In this document: positions 27,732 to 36,161 of the stretch, piece by piece
Layout: every line of letters begins with the position of its first letter
How positions within the stretch are numbered: the stretch's first letter is position 1
From: Eubacteriales bacterium
GTDB lineage: Bacteria > Bacillota > Clostridia > Oscillospirales > CAG-272
Reading direction: 5' to 3'
Length of the DNA: 62,268 bases
NCBI GenBank assembly: GCA_045617585.1
Contig: JAZLIW010000184.1
Coordinates: forward strand, 1-62,268
Notes under the pieces: model-generated
What the model saw: only the letters and a program-made list of their open reading frames with translations
What the model was told of the DNA's origin: nothing
The model's database searches: none
Program-made: the position numbers and the translations under genes

Positions 27732-28580
27732 ATGGAACGCGTCACGCTGTCCGCGCCCGCCAAGATCAATCTGTTTCTTGAGGTGAACGGAACACGCCCC
27801 GACGGGTATCACGAGATCACGACCGTCATGCAGTCGGTCACGCTCGCCGATACGCTGACCGTCGAAAAGACGGAAGGAACGGACTTTTTGCTGACCTGCT
27901 CCGACGGACGCCTCTCCTGCGGCCCGGAGAACCTCGTTTCCCGCGCGGCGGAAGCGTTTTTCACCGCGGTGGGAACGCGCTTCGGCATCCGGGCGCATCT
28001 GGAAAAGGAGATCCCCATGCAGGCGGGCATGGGCGGAGGCAGCGCCGACGCCGCCGCGATGCTGCGTGCGCTGAACGCCCTCTCGGAACGGAAGGCGGAC
28101 GAAGAGACGCTTTGCCGGATCGCCGCCTCGCTCGGCGCGGACGTTCCCTTCTGTCTGCACCGCGGTGCCATGCTCTGCACCGGGATCGGGGAAAAGATGA
28201 CCCCTCTCCCCTCCATGCCGCACTGCTTTCTGGTCGCCGCGATCCGGAACGGCGACGCGGTCCCGACCGGAGAAGCCTACCGCAGGATCGACGCGCTGCG
28301 CTACGTTCCCGAAAGCGTCGGACGCACGGCGGAGGCCCTGCGCGCCGGTTCCCTTCCGCTCCTCCTCCCCTCTCTGTTCAACCGTTTTGAGGAGGTCGCT
28401 CCCCCGATCTCGCGCGGTGCCTCGATCCTGCGCGGACACGGCGCCTCCGCCGTTCTGCTCTGCGGCAGCGGCGCGGCGTTCTTCGGCGTTTTCGATAACG
28501 AGCACGACGCCGGAGAAGCCAAGCGGGACCTCCTTCTGACCGGCTACGCGGCATGGCGCACGGAGCCGCTCGCGGAATAA
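27732..28580 (+). CDS. ispE: 4-diphosphocytidyl-2-C-methyl-D-erythritol kinase
   Basis: APAKINLFLEV...RPDGYHEI and the GHMP motif MQAGMGGGSADAAA. Confidence 0.9.
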   Translation: MERVTLSAPAKINLFLEVNGTRPDGYHEITTVMQSVTLADTLTVEKTEGTDFLLTCSDGRLSCGPENLVSRAAEAFFTAVGTRFGIRAHLEKEIPMQAGMGGGSADAAAMLRALNALSERKADEETLCRIAASLGADVPFCLHRGAMLCTGIGEKMTPLPSMPHCFLVAAIRNGDAVPTGEAYRRIDALRYVPESVGRTAEALRAGSLPLLLPSLFNRFEEVAPPISRGASILRGHGASAVLLCGSGAAFFGVFDNEHDAGEAKRDLLLTGYAAWRTEPLAE

Positions 28581-28640
28581 CGCTTCTTCCGAACCATAAC
28601 GAAAAAGGATCCGCACGGGATCCGGGAGCCGATCGAAATA

Positions 28641-28694
28641 AAACACCGACCGCCGAAAGGGAGTTTTCTGCTTCCCTTCGGCGGTCGGTTTTTC
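28641..28694. terminator. Bidirectional terminator between convergent ispE and the HAD gene
   Basis: Long stem accgaccgccgaaaggga / tcccttcggcggtcggt, flanked by an A-rich run and TTTTT. Confidence 0.8.
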
Positions 28695-28718
28695 CGTGTT
28701 TGAATATGAAACGTCCCG

Positions 28719-29492
28719 TCAGCAGACGATGTCCCCGACCCCGTTCAGGATCAGGCGCGGGCGGTAGGGGAACTCGCGCACCGTCTCCTCCGTCGAGACA
28801 CCGCTCAGGACGAGGACGGTGTCAAGACCGGTCTCGATCCCGGCAACGACGTCGGTATCCATGCGGTCGCCGATCATGACCGCCTCCTCCGAGTGGACGC
28901 CGAGCAGCTTCAGCCCGGTCCGCATCATCAGCGGGTTCGGCTTGCCGATATAGTAAGCGCTTTTCCCGGTCGTCGCCTCGATCGGCGCGACGAACGCACG
29001 GCAGGCCGGCGCGATCCCGCCGTCCACCGGTCCCGTGATATCGGTATTGGTCGCGATCAGGCGCGCGCCCCGGTTCACGAGGTTCATCGCGGTATAGATA
29101 TGGTCGTAGCAGAAGTCGTTGGTCTCGCCGACGACCACGAAATCCGGGTCCACGTCGTTGATCGTGATCCCGACGTCGTAGAGGGCGTTATACAGCCCGT
29201 GGTCCCCGATCACGTAGGCAGTGCAGCCCGGCGCCTGATCCGCGAGGAACTTCGCTGTCGCGAGGGCACTGGTATAAAAATGCTTTTCGTTCACGTCAAG
29301 TCCGAGCCGTGCCAGCTTCTGCTGCAGCTCCTTCGGCGTTTTTCTCGACGCATTGGTCAGAAACAGAAATTCCTTGTTCTCGCGGTAGAGCCAATCCACG
29401 AATTCACGGACGCCGGGCAGCAGCCGGTCCCCGTGATAGATCACGCCGTCCATATCGCAGATGAACCCTTTTTTTGCTCTCAGTCGTTCCAT
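28719..29492 (-). CDS. HAD-IIA family hydrolase (NagD-like sugar phosphatase)
   Basis: FICDMDGVIYHG (DxD motif), LFLTNAS, GKPNP, IGDRMDTDV. Confidence 0.8.
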   Translation of the reverse strand: MERLRAKKGFICDMDGVIYHGDRLLPGVREFVDWLYRENKEFLFLTNASRKTPKELQQKLARLGLDVNEKHFYTSALATAKFLADQAPGCTAYVIGDHGLYNALYDVGITINDVDPDFVVVGETNDFCYDHIYTAMNLVNRGARLIATNTDITGPVDGGIAPACRAFVAPIEATTGKSAYYIGKPNPLMMRTGLKLLGVHSEEAVMIGDRMDTDVVAGIETGLDTVLVLSGVSTEETVREFPYRPRLILNGVGDIVC

Positions 29493-29568
29493 CGGTCGGT
29501 TTTCCTCCGGTATTCACATTTTTCTTTATTATAACATCATTTCCGACAGAAATCAAGAGTGCTTTTGC

Positions 29569-29597
29569 TTGACTTTTCACCGTTTCTTTGTTACAAT
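29569..29597 (+). promoter_or_regulatory. Sigma-A type promoter for the ABC transporter operon
   Basis: TTGACT, 17 nt, TACAAT. Confidence 0.55.
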
Positions 29598-29641
29598 ACG
29601 AAAAAAAGCGGGGATCCGCAGCAGCAAAGGAGGTCCGGTCA

Positions 29642-30532
29642 ATGATACTGGAACTGAACGGGATCGAAAAATCCTTCGGTGAAAAGAGAGTCCTGCAGGG
29701 GATCTCGTTTACCGCGGAGAGCGGGAAAGCGTTCGGTCTGCTCGGCAGGAACGGCGCGGGCAAGACCACGACCATCCGCATCCTGATGAACGTGTTTGCA
29801 CAGGACGCCGGGGAGGTCCTGCTCGACGGAAAACCGATCGACTACCGGAAGGTCGGCTTCGGTTATCTTCCCGAGGAACGGGGGCTCTACCCGAAGCAGA
29901 AGATCGTCACCCAGCTCGTCTATTTCGCCGAGCTGAAGGGGATGGACCGCAAAGCGGCGACGGCGTCGGTCGACCGCTGGCTGGAGCGTCTCGGCATGAC
30001 CGAGCACCGGAACAAAAAGCTGGAGACCCTCTCCAAGGGCAATCAGCAGAAGATCCAGCTCATCACCGCCCTCGCGCACGAGCCCGATATCGTGATCCTC
30101 GACGAGCCCTTTTCGGGACTGGACCCGGTCAACGCGATGCTGCTCAAGGACGTCGTGAAGGAAACGATCGCGAAGGGCAAGATCGTGCTTTTCTCAAGCC
30201 ATCAGATGAATTACATCGAGGAATTCTGCGACGCGATCGCGATCCTCAACGGCGGAAAGATCGTCCTGACCGGAGATCTGCGCGAAATCAAGCGCAATTA
30301 CCCGCGCGACCGTCTGGACATCCGCACCGAGCAGGCGGACCGGATCATCGCCGAATACGGCAGCGCCTGCACCCTCGGTGAAAACGGCGAGCTTTCCCTG
30401 CTCCTTTCCGATCCCGGGGAAAAAGGGCGGGTCATGCGGCATCTGACCGAGACCTGCGACCTCGACGCCATCCGCGTCCACGAGCCTTCGCTCAACGATA
30501 TTTTCGTCGAGTACACCGAGAACCGGATCTGA
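29642..30532 (+). CDS. ABC transporter ATP-binding protein (NatA-like)
   Basis: Walker A GRNGAGKTT, signature LSKGNQQK, Walker B IVILDEP. AAAGGAGG SD before the ATG at 29642; the ORF track starts at 29588. Confidence 0.9.
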   Translation: MILELNGIEKSFGEKRVLQGISFTAESGKAFGLLGRNGAGKTTTIRILMNVFAQDAGEVLLDGKPIDYRKVGFGYLPEERGLYPKQKIVTQLVYFAELKGMDRKAATASVDRWLERLGMTEHRNKKLETLSKGNQQKIQLITALAHEPDIVILDEPFSGLDPVNAMLLKDVVKETIAKGKIVLFSSHQMNYIEEFCDAIAILNGGKIVLTGDLREIKRNYPRDRLDIRTEQADRIIAEYGSACTLGENGELSLLLSDPGEKGRVMRHLTETCDLDAIRVHEPSLNDIFVEYTENRI

Positions 30533-30546
30533 GGAGGGGAAGAACG

Positions 30547-31794
30547 ATGAAACAGTTCGGAAAAGTACTGAAATTCGAGTTGAAGAATCACCTGACGAAT
30601 AAGGGCTTCGTCGGCGTCACGGTCTTTCTCGTCGTCGTGATCGCGGTCGTGATGTTCATTCCCCGCATCACCGGGCTCTTCCGGAGCGAGGACGAGGGGA
30701 CCGACGTGCCCGCCGATCTGCCGGTCATGCTCGTACAGACGGACGGCAGCACACCCGGCGGAATGGTGAAGGAGACCTTCTCCGCCGCCTTCCCCGGCTA
30801 TATCGTGCAGCTTTCAGAGGACGGTACCGATACGATCCGGGATAAGATCACCTCCGGGGAAATCGAATGCGCCTTCGCGCTGAACGGTCTGACCTCGTAC
30901 ACCTATTACGTGAACAACCTGACGATGTTCGACGATACGGCCGCCGTCGCCGACGCGGTCCTGCGCGATCTGTACCGCGTGAACGCGATGCTGAACGGCG
31001 GCATGACCGAGGAGCAGGTCTCCGACGTGATGAACGTGGTGATCGAGGGCTCGGTCGAGAGCCTCGGCAAGGATCAGGCGCAGAACTTCTTCTACACCTA
31101 TATCATGATCTTCGCCCTCTATATGGTCATCATCCTTTACGGCAATATGGTCTCGACCAGCGTCGCGACCGAAAAGAGCTCCCGCGCGATGGAGCTGCTG
31201 ATCACGAGCGCAGACCCGCCCGCGATGATGTTCGGCAAGGTCATCGCCGCCTGCCTCGCGGGGCTGATCCAACTCGTCCTGATCTTCGGTTCCGCCGTCC
31301 TCTTCTACGGGATCAATAAATCGGCGTGGGGCGGCAACGAGATCGTCTCGGCAATTTTCGACATCCCGGTCCCGCTCCTCGCCTACATGGCAGTCTTCTT
31401 CATCCTCGGCTTCCTGATCTACGCGTTCCTCTTCGGTGCGATCGCTTCCACCGTCTCCAAGCTCGAGGACGTCGGCACCGCGAATATGCCGATCATGTAT
31501 CTCTTCATCTTCGGATTCATGGCCGTCGTCTTCTCAATGTCCTCCGGTGCGGTGGACAACACGCTGATGAAGGTCTGCTCCTACGTCCCCTTCACCTCCC
31601 CGATGGCGATGTTCACGCGCATCGCGATGAGCACCGTTCCCGCCGCCGGAATCGCCGCCTCGATCGCGCTCCTGGTCCTTTCCACGGTCGGCATCGGCTT
31701 CCTTTCCGCCCGGATCTACCGCGTCGGCGTCCTGATGTACGGCACGCCGCCCAGGCTCTCCGCGATCCTGAAATCCATCCGCAAAGCGAAATGA
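30547..31794 (+). CDS. ABC-2 family transporter permease (NatB-like)
   Basis: N-terminal TM, large extracytoplasmic loop, then five or six C-terminal TM helices. Follows the ATPase gene by 14 nt. Confidence 0.8.
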   Translation: MKQFGKVLKFELKNHLTNKGFVGVTVFLVVVIAVVMFIPRITGLFRSEDEGTDVPADLPVMLVQTDGSTPGGMVKETFSAAFPGYIVQLSEDGTDTIRDKITSGEIECAFALNGLTSYTYYVNNLTMFDDTAAVADAVLRDLYRVNAMLNGGMTEEQVSDVMNVVIEGSVESLGKDQAQNFFYTYIMIFALYMVIILYGNMVSTSVATEKSSRAMELLITSADPPAMMFGKVIAACLAGLIQLVLIFGSAVLFYGINKSAWGGNEIVSAIFDIPVPLLAYMAVFFILGFLIYAFLFGAIASTVSKLEDVGTANMPIMYLFIFGFMAVVFSMSSGAVDNTLMKVCSYVPFTSPMAMFTRIAMSTVPAAGIAASIALLVLSTVGIGFLSARIYRVGVLMYGTPPRLSAILKSIRKAK

Positions 31795-31798
31795 TCTG

Positions 31799-31850
31799 AA
31801 AAGCGGCTGCTCCGACGGACCTTACCGTCGGAAGCAGCCGCTTTTGTTTC
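31799..31850 (+). terminator. Rho-independent terminator after the ABC operon
   Basis: gcggctgctccgacgg ... ccgtcggaagcagccgc followed by ttttgtttc. Confidence 0.8.
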
Positions 31851-31902
31851 GGGAACGTGACGTTAGCCCTTGCTTGCAAAGCAAGCGGGGCAAATCTCGT
31901 TG

Positions 31903-31936
31903 AAAAAAGCACATCGCGCTGCGATGTGCTTTTTTC
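31903..31936. terminator. Bidirectional terminator (serves the minus-strand Cys-rich genes)
   Basis: A6, agcacatcgc gct gcgatgtgct, T6. Confidence 0.75.
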
Positions 31937-32037
31937 TGCCTAATTCGTTCCAAACGGTGCGTAGATGCAGGGTATTTGCCCCAAAAGTACACCATCAGGT
32001 ATCGACAAATTTTGATTTATCAGCACCCAATAAGCGC

Positions 32038-32454
32038 TTATCTGCGTTTATACAGAACGATTTCCGGCTCGGCGCCATTACAGCCGTATTCACAGACAAG
32101 GATAAATGTTTCGTCCGCAACAACGCCGTAGCAGCGTTCCGAACCCGGCCTTTCGATCTGATTACCCAAATAGATATCCTTGTCCTTCAGAAATCTGACT
32201 GTCGTTCCGTTGGCAAGCGGATATGTAAGGTTCACGTAAGCGCCGGTAAGTAAATTCAGGTCGTCCACACGCAGCCCGTCGATTTCCAAGGCGTTGATTT
32301 CTTCGATCAACCGCCGTTTCAGCTCCGGAAAATCTTCATTTCTCTCGGCAACGCAGTTCCCTCCAAAGGGATGACCGGCACATTTTTCACAACCTCCGCA
32401 TTCCGCGAATCGACCGCAGCTTTTACAGCATTCCGTATCACCGCAATATGTCAT
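32038..32454 (-). CDS. Cys-rich hypothetical protein (DUF3795-like N-terminal CxxC cluster)
   Basis: MTYCGDTECCKSCGRFAECGGCEKCAGHPFGGNC has 10 Cys in the first 34 aa. AT-richer than its surroundings. The family assignment is from memory only. Confidence 0.6.
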   Translation of the reverse strand: MTYCGDTECCKSCGRFAECGGCEKCAGHPFGGNCVAERNEDFPELKRRLIEEINALEIDGLRVDDLNLLTGAYVNLTYPLANGTTVRFLKDKDIYLGNQIERPGSERCYGVVADETFILVCEYGCNGAEPEIVLYKRR

Positions 32455-32498
32455 GTTATTATCCTCCTATTGTACTTTCTTTCCATGTATCTATATCC

Positions 32499-33086
32499 TT
32501 ATATGATTTCATATCGGAATGCGCAGGGCTTTTCACCTTCCGTATCGTGCGGGGATGTGACGATCTCAGCAAGCTTCAGCTTGACGCCCAGCATGATCTC
32601 ATAGTGATATTTGAAGTGGCCGCCGCAGCAATAGCAATACTCCCGGGGAATTGCATAGTCACGCTTGATTTTACTGACCGTCGGGCAGACACACTCAAAC
32701 TTTTCGCCGGGATGATAGGATACCGCGTGAACAAGAAGAAGGCCGTTTTCGTCAAGCTCTGCCGAGCCCATATTGAGATAAGGACGATCGGAGATCAACG
32801 CAAGCTTTTCTTCGATGGGTTTGTTCGCGTTGATGCGGGCGAATTCTTCGGACGCTTTTTTCCGTGCGCCGCTTTTGCAGCAGGCGTTGGCTTCCAGTAT
32901 GTTCTGCACCTGTTCGGGCGGGAGCTTTTCATTCATTATATCCAGCGCCTGCTTAAAAAAAGCGGATTTGACCTTCTTGTTGGTCTTTGACACGATCCCG
33001 TCAAAGCCCTGATACATTTCGTCAATGATATTCCGACCGACCTTGAAGTCGTCAAGTGTTTCTCTGAATTTTTCGGGTGACGGCAT
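32499..33086 (-). CDS. Cys-rich hypothetical protein
   Basis: 195 aa with ACCKSGARKK, FECVCP and EYCYCCGGHFKYH motifs. No family I can name with confidence. Confidence 0.6.
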   Translation of the reverse strand: MPSPEKFRETLDDFKVGRNIIDEMYQGFDGIVSKTNKKVKSAFFKQALDIMNEKLPPEQVQNILEANACCKSGARKKASEEFARINANKPIEEKLALISDRPYLNMGSAELDENGLLLVHAVSYHPGEKFECVCPTVSKIKRDYAIPREYCYCCGGHFKYHYEIMLGVKLKLAEIVTSPHDTEGEKPCAFRYEII

Positions 33087-33187
33087 ATTTCTTCCCTCAC
33101 AATTCTGCTTATCTTTCAGTCATATAAAAGAATAGCATTTTTATTCTCACTTTACAATCTATGATCTACGGTGCGCGCATTTTGTCC

Positions 33188-33234
33188 AAAAAGAAGAAAA
33201 TTGCCTGAATCATCTGGTAGACAAATCAGGCAAT
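33188..33234 (-). terminator. Terminator after tRNA-Trp
   Basis: 9-bp stem attgcctga / tcaggcaat (17-nt loop), followed on the minus strand by ttttcttctttt. Confidence 0.6.
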
Positions 33235-33239
33235 CTATT

Positions 33240-33315
33240 TGGCAGGGGTAGAAGGATTCGAACCCTCGGCACGCGGTTTTGGAGACCGCTGCTCTACCAG
33301 CTGAGCTATGCCCCT
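33240..33315 (-). tRNA. tRNA-Trp (anticodon CCA), CCA end encoded
   Basis: The reverse complement AGGGGCATAGCTCAGCTGGTAGAGCAGCGGTCTCCAAAACCGCGTGCCGAGGGTTCGAATCCTTCTACCCCTGCCA folds as a cloverleaf. It has one C6:A67 mismatch in the acceptor stem. Confidence 0.9.
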
Positions 33316-33330
33316 TTAACTTACTCGGCT

Positions 33331-33359
33331 ATTATACCACAGGAGTGAAAGGAAAGCAA
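33331..33359 (-). promoter_or_regulatory. Sigma-A type promoter for tRNA-Trp
   Basis: On the minus strand: TTGCTT, 17 nt, TATAAT, preceded by TGG. The -10 box ends 15 nt before the tRNA 5' end. Confidence 0.6.
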
Positions 33360-33396
33360 GAGGGTTTGAATTTTTTATTATGAATTTTTTATGAAC

Positions 33397-34356
33397 TCAC
33401 GAAAGGATCAGGTCGGCAAGCCCGGACGCGTCCGCGCCCCAGATCCAGTCGGAGGGGTCCCCGATCGCCGCCGTCAGGTCGCCGCGCACCATCCGGACGC
33501 CGATCAGACGCGCCGCGAGCTCCGAGACGTCGGACACGCCGAAAAAGTCGCCGGAGATATTGCAGTCGGTGATCACGCCGCCGGTCGCCGTCACGCTGAC
33601 CGAAACGAGACCGAAGGGAAAATACTTTTTCCGCACGGCGGAATACTCCTTCGATTCCCCGAAGTTCCATTCCCACGTCGCGTACTTTTCGTCACGGAGA
33701 CGGGAGATCGCTTCCTCCTCCTCCGGCGTAAAGCCCCGCTTTTCCCCCTCAAAATAGGTTTCGAGATAATGCTTGAAGGAAAGCACGTCGTGATCCGGCA
33801 GATAATCCCCGATGTTCCCGACACGGGCACGGACGCTTTTGATCCCTTTGCTGCGGATCTTTTCGGGATCGACGTTGAGCGCCCCGGCAAGGTCGGTCAT
33901 GTCGGAACGGAACAGCAGCGTCCCGTGGTGCATCATCTTGCCGTTCCGGACGCACTGGGCGTTGCCGGAGACCTTTTTCCCCTCGATCGTGATATCGTTC
34001 CTGCCGGAAAATTCCGCGGGAACGCCGAGGGCGCGGAGCGCGCCGATGACCGGCATGGCAAACCGGGCGAAGTCAAGCGTCTCCCCGCTTTCCCGCGGGA
34101 CGATGCAGGTGTAATTGACGTTGCCGAGGTCGTGGAAGACCGCGCCGCCACCCGTCAGACGCCGGACGACCTTGATACCGCGGGTGCGGACGAAGGGCTC
34201 GTTGATCTCGGCGTAGGCGTTCTGGTTCTTGCCGATGATGACGGAGGGCGCGTTGCGCCACAGCATCATGACCTCCCCTTCGGTGCGGTCGATCAGGTAT
34301 TCCTCGGACGCGAGGTTGAAATAGGGATCGGTATGTTCATTCAGGATGATCGTCAC
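33397..34356 (-). CDS. Lipoate-protein ligase
   Basis: HTDPYFNLASEEYL...RRLTGGGAVFHDLGN. The ORF-track start (34431) and the next ATG lie inside the -35 and -10 boxes of the gene's own promoter, so the in-frame GTG at 34356 (VTIILNEHTDPYFNLA) is preferred. Confidence 0.8.
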   Translation of the reverse strand: MTIILNEHTDPYFNLASEEYLIDRTEGEVMMLWRNAPSVIIGKNQNAYAEINEPFVRTRGIKVVRRLTGGGAVFHDLGNVNYTCIVPRESGETLDFARFAMPVIGALRALGVPAEFSGRNDITIEGKKVSGNAQCVRNGKMMHHGTLLFRSDMTDLAGALNVDPEKIRSKGIKSVRARVGNIGDYLPDHDVLSFKHYLETYFEGEKRGFTPEEEEAISRLRDEKYATWEWNFGESKEYSAVRKKYFPFGLVSVSVTATGGVITDCNISGDFFGVSDVSELAARLIGVRMVRGDLTAAIGDPSDWIWGADASGLADLILS

Positions 34357-34402
34357 TGCGATACTCTCTTTTCGTACGGATTCCGGTAAAGACCGTATCC
34401 GT

Positions 34403-34431
34403 ATCATACTCCCATCCGTGAAAAAAGTCAA
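34403..34431 (-). promoter_or_regulatory. Sigma-A type promoter for the lipoate-protein ligase gene
   Basis: On the minus strand: TTGACT, 17 nt, TATGAT. Confidence 0.6.
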
Positions 34432-34449
34432 TCTTTTTTTGAAAAATGC

Positions 34450-34478
34450 TTGACAACCGCTTTTCCCGATGATATAAT
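34450..34478 (+). promoter_or_regulatory. Consensus sigma-A promoter (P1) upstream of rpmG-secE-nusG
   Basis: TTGACA (34450-34455), 17 nt, TATAAT (34473-34478). Confidence 0.6.
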
Positions 34479-34485
34479 GATGTTA

Positions 34486-34507
34486 CCTCTACGGAGAGGC
34501 TTTTTTT
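34486..34507 (+). terminator. 5'-proximal hairpin plus U7 tract (attenuator or 5' stabiliser)
   Basis: cctct acgg agagg c ttttttt begins about 8 nt after the P1 -10 box. The stem is only 5 bp. Confidence 0.4.
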
Positions 34508-34589
34508 GTGTTGCAGAAAGCCGCCGATGAGGGAGATAATTCAACGGTCGTGAGACGCAAGTTTCCGACGAACTATCAGGAGGTAAAAT

Positions 34590-34739
34590 ATGAGAGTCAG
34601 AATCACCCTTTCGTGCACGGAATGCAAGCAGAGAAACTATGACACCATGAAAAACAAGAAGAACGACCCTGACAGACTGGAAATGACCAAGTACTGCCGT
34701 TTCTGCCGCAAGCACACCAAGCACAAGGAAACCAAGTAA
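34590..34739 (+). CDS. rpmG: 50S ribosomal protein L33 (49 aa, below the ORF-track cut-off)
   Basis: [57 protein letters not shown] 6-7 nt upstream. Confidence 0.9.
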   Translation: MRVRITLSCTECKQRNYDTMKNKKNDPDRLEMTKYCRFCRKHTKHKETK

Positions 34740-34754
34740 GGAGGGCGCATCACC

Positions 34755-35027
34755 ATGGCTGATAATGAAAACAAAACCGTGGCGGTCGAAGAAAAGAAAG
34801 CTCCGAGCAAGCCCGAAAAGAAGGATAAGCCTTCCTTCTTCAAGAAGATCGGTGATTTCTTCCGTGCCTGCAAGTCCGAACTGAAGAAGATCGTTTGGTA
34901 CAGCAAGCAGGACACCTTCAACAGCACTCTTCTCGTCGTTATCGTTCTCATCGTCTGCAGCGCAGCGATCAGCCTGCTGGACTACGGCTTCTCTTCCGCA
35001 GTCAGCGCGCTCGGTAAGCTGCTGTAA
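34755..35027 (+). CDS. secE: Preprotein translocase subunit SecE
   Basis: KSELKKIVWYSKQDTFNSTLLVVIVLIVCSAAISLLD is a single C-terminal TM. Its position between rpmG and nusG fits secE. Confidence 0.85.
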   Translation: MADNENKTVAVEEKKAPSKPEKKDKPSFFKKIGDFFRACKSELKKIVWYSKQDTFNSTLLVVIVLIVCSAAISLLDYGFSSAVSALGKLL

Positions 35028-35063
35028 TCGTTACGGGACAAGACCGGAAAGGCAGGAATATCT

Positions 35064-35624
35064 GTGAGCGATATTACTGAAAACTGTACTTCCAGCCCGG
35101 CATGGTATGTCGCACATACCTATTCCGGCTATGAGAACAAAGTCAAGACTAATCTGGAAAAGATCATCGAGAACCGCGGCCTTCAGGAGCTGATCCTGGA
35201 CGTCCGTATTCCGGTCGATATCGAATCGACGGAATCCGAGGACAAGGACGGCGTAAAGACCGTCAAGGAAGTCGAGAGCAAGATCTTCCCTTCCTACGTT
35301 CTCGTCAAGATGGTCATGACCGACGCGACCTGGCATATCGTGCGCAACATACGCGGTGTGACCGGCTTTGTCGGCCCCGGTTCCAAGCCGGTCCCTCTCA
35401 CCGATGAGGAAGTCGCCCATATCGGTGTCGAGGTCCACGTGATCGAGCTCGATTATGAGGTCGGTGACAGTGTCACGATCGTCGACGGTCCGATGAAGGA
35501 CTACGTCGGGACCGTGGAAAGCATTTCGGACGACAAAAAGAAAATTATCGTATTGGTTTCTATGTTCGGCCGCGAAACGCCGGTCGAGCTTGATTCGGGC
35601 AGTGTGAAGAGAGTCACGTACTGA
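35064..35624 (+). CDS. nusG: Transcription termination/antitermination protein NusG
   Basis: WYVAHTYSGYENKV (NGN domain) and the C-terminal KOW GDSVTIVDGPMKDYVGTV. GTG start. Confidence 0.9.
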   Translation: MSDITENCTSSPAWYVAHTYSGYENKVKTNLEKIIENRGLQELILDVRIPVDIESTESEDKDGVKTVKEVESKIFPSYVLVKMVMTDATWHIVRNIRGVTGFVGPGSKPVPLTDEEVAHIGVEVHVIELDYEVGDSVTIVDGPMKDYVGTVESISDDKKKIIVLVSMFGRETPVELDSGSVKRVTY

Positions 35625-35718
35625 TCCCGGAATAGAAGCTTCAAAGCGCAAGCTTTGGTGGGAGGGGGAAAAATTCTTGAATTCTCCCGAAAAGAACCAC
35701 ATCAGGAGGTAAATTACT

Positions 35719-36144
35719 ATGGCAAAGAAAATTGCAGGTATCGTCAAGCTCCAGCTGAACGCCGGCAAAGCAACGATGCAGCCGCCGGTCGGTCCCGCGC
35801 TCGGCCCGTACGGCGTCAACGGTATGAACTTCGTCAAGGAGTTCAACGAAAGAACCAAGACTCAGATCGGTCTGATCATCCCGGTCGTCATCACGATCTA
35901 TGCAGACCGCACCTTCACCTTTATCACCAAGACTCCTCCGGCAGCCGTTCTGATCAAGAAGGCAGCAGGGATCGAGACCGCTTCCGCAGTCCCGAACAAG
36001 ACCAAGGTCGCTTCCATCACCAAGGAGCAGGTCAAGCAGATCGCAGAGACCAAGATGCCCGACCTGAACGCCGCTTCTCTTGAAGCTGCGATGAGCATGG
36101 TTGCCGGCACCGCCCGTTCCATGGGTATCACCGTGGTTGACTAA
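35719..36144 (+). CDS. rplK: 50S ribosomal protein L11
   Basis: [34 protein letters not shown]. Confidence 0.95.
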   Translation: MAKKIAGIVKLQLNAGKATMQPPVGPALGPYGVNGMNFVKEFNERTKTQIGLIIPVVITIYADRTFTFITKTPPAAVLIKKAAGIETASAVPNKTKVASITKEQVKQIAETKMPDLNAASLEAAMSMVAGTARSMGITVVD

Positions 36145-36161
36145 TCAGGAGGAGAATGAAA

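Noticed and set aside
26258-27769. 503-aa minus-strand ORF overlapping the DUF362 gene and the repeat region.
   Set aside because: The plus strand encodes a protein with DUF362-type N-terminal sequence and two CxxCxxCxxxCP ferredoxin motifs. The minus frame reads through tandem repeats and terminators and looks like a GC shadow.
31862-31944. Integron attC-like signals (GTTAGCC at 31862 and GCCTAAT at 31938) next to the small Cys-rich genes.
   Set aside because: The order and orientation of the core-like heptamers are the reverse of a real attC (RYYYAAC ... GTTRRRY) on either strand. One heptamer is imperfect, and the intervening sequence is explained by ordinary terminator hairpins. No integrase is present.
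34357-34431. N-terminal 25-codon extension of the lipoate-protein ligase ORF (TTG at 34431, ATG at 34407).
   Set aside because: The TTG is the first three bases of the TTGACT -35 box, and the ATG lies inside the TATGAT -10 box of a well-spaced promoter. Homologs start at the position of the GTG at 34356.
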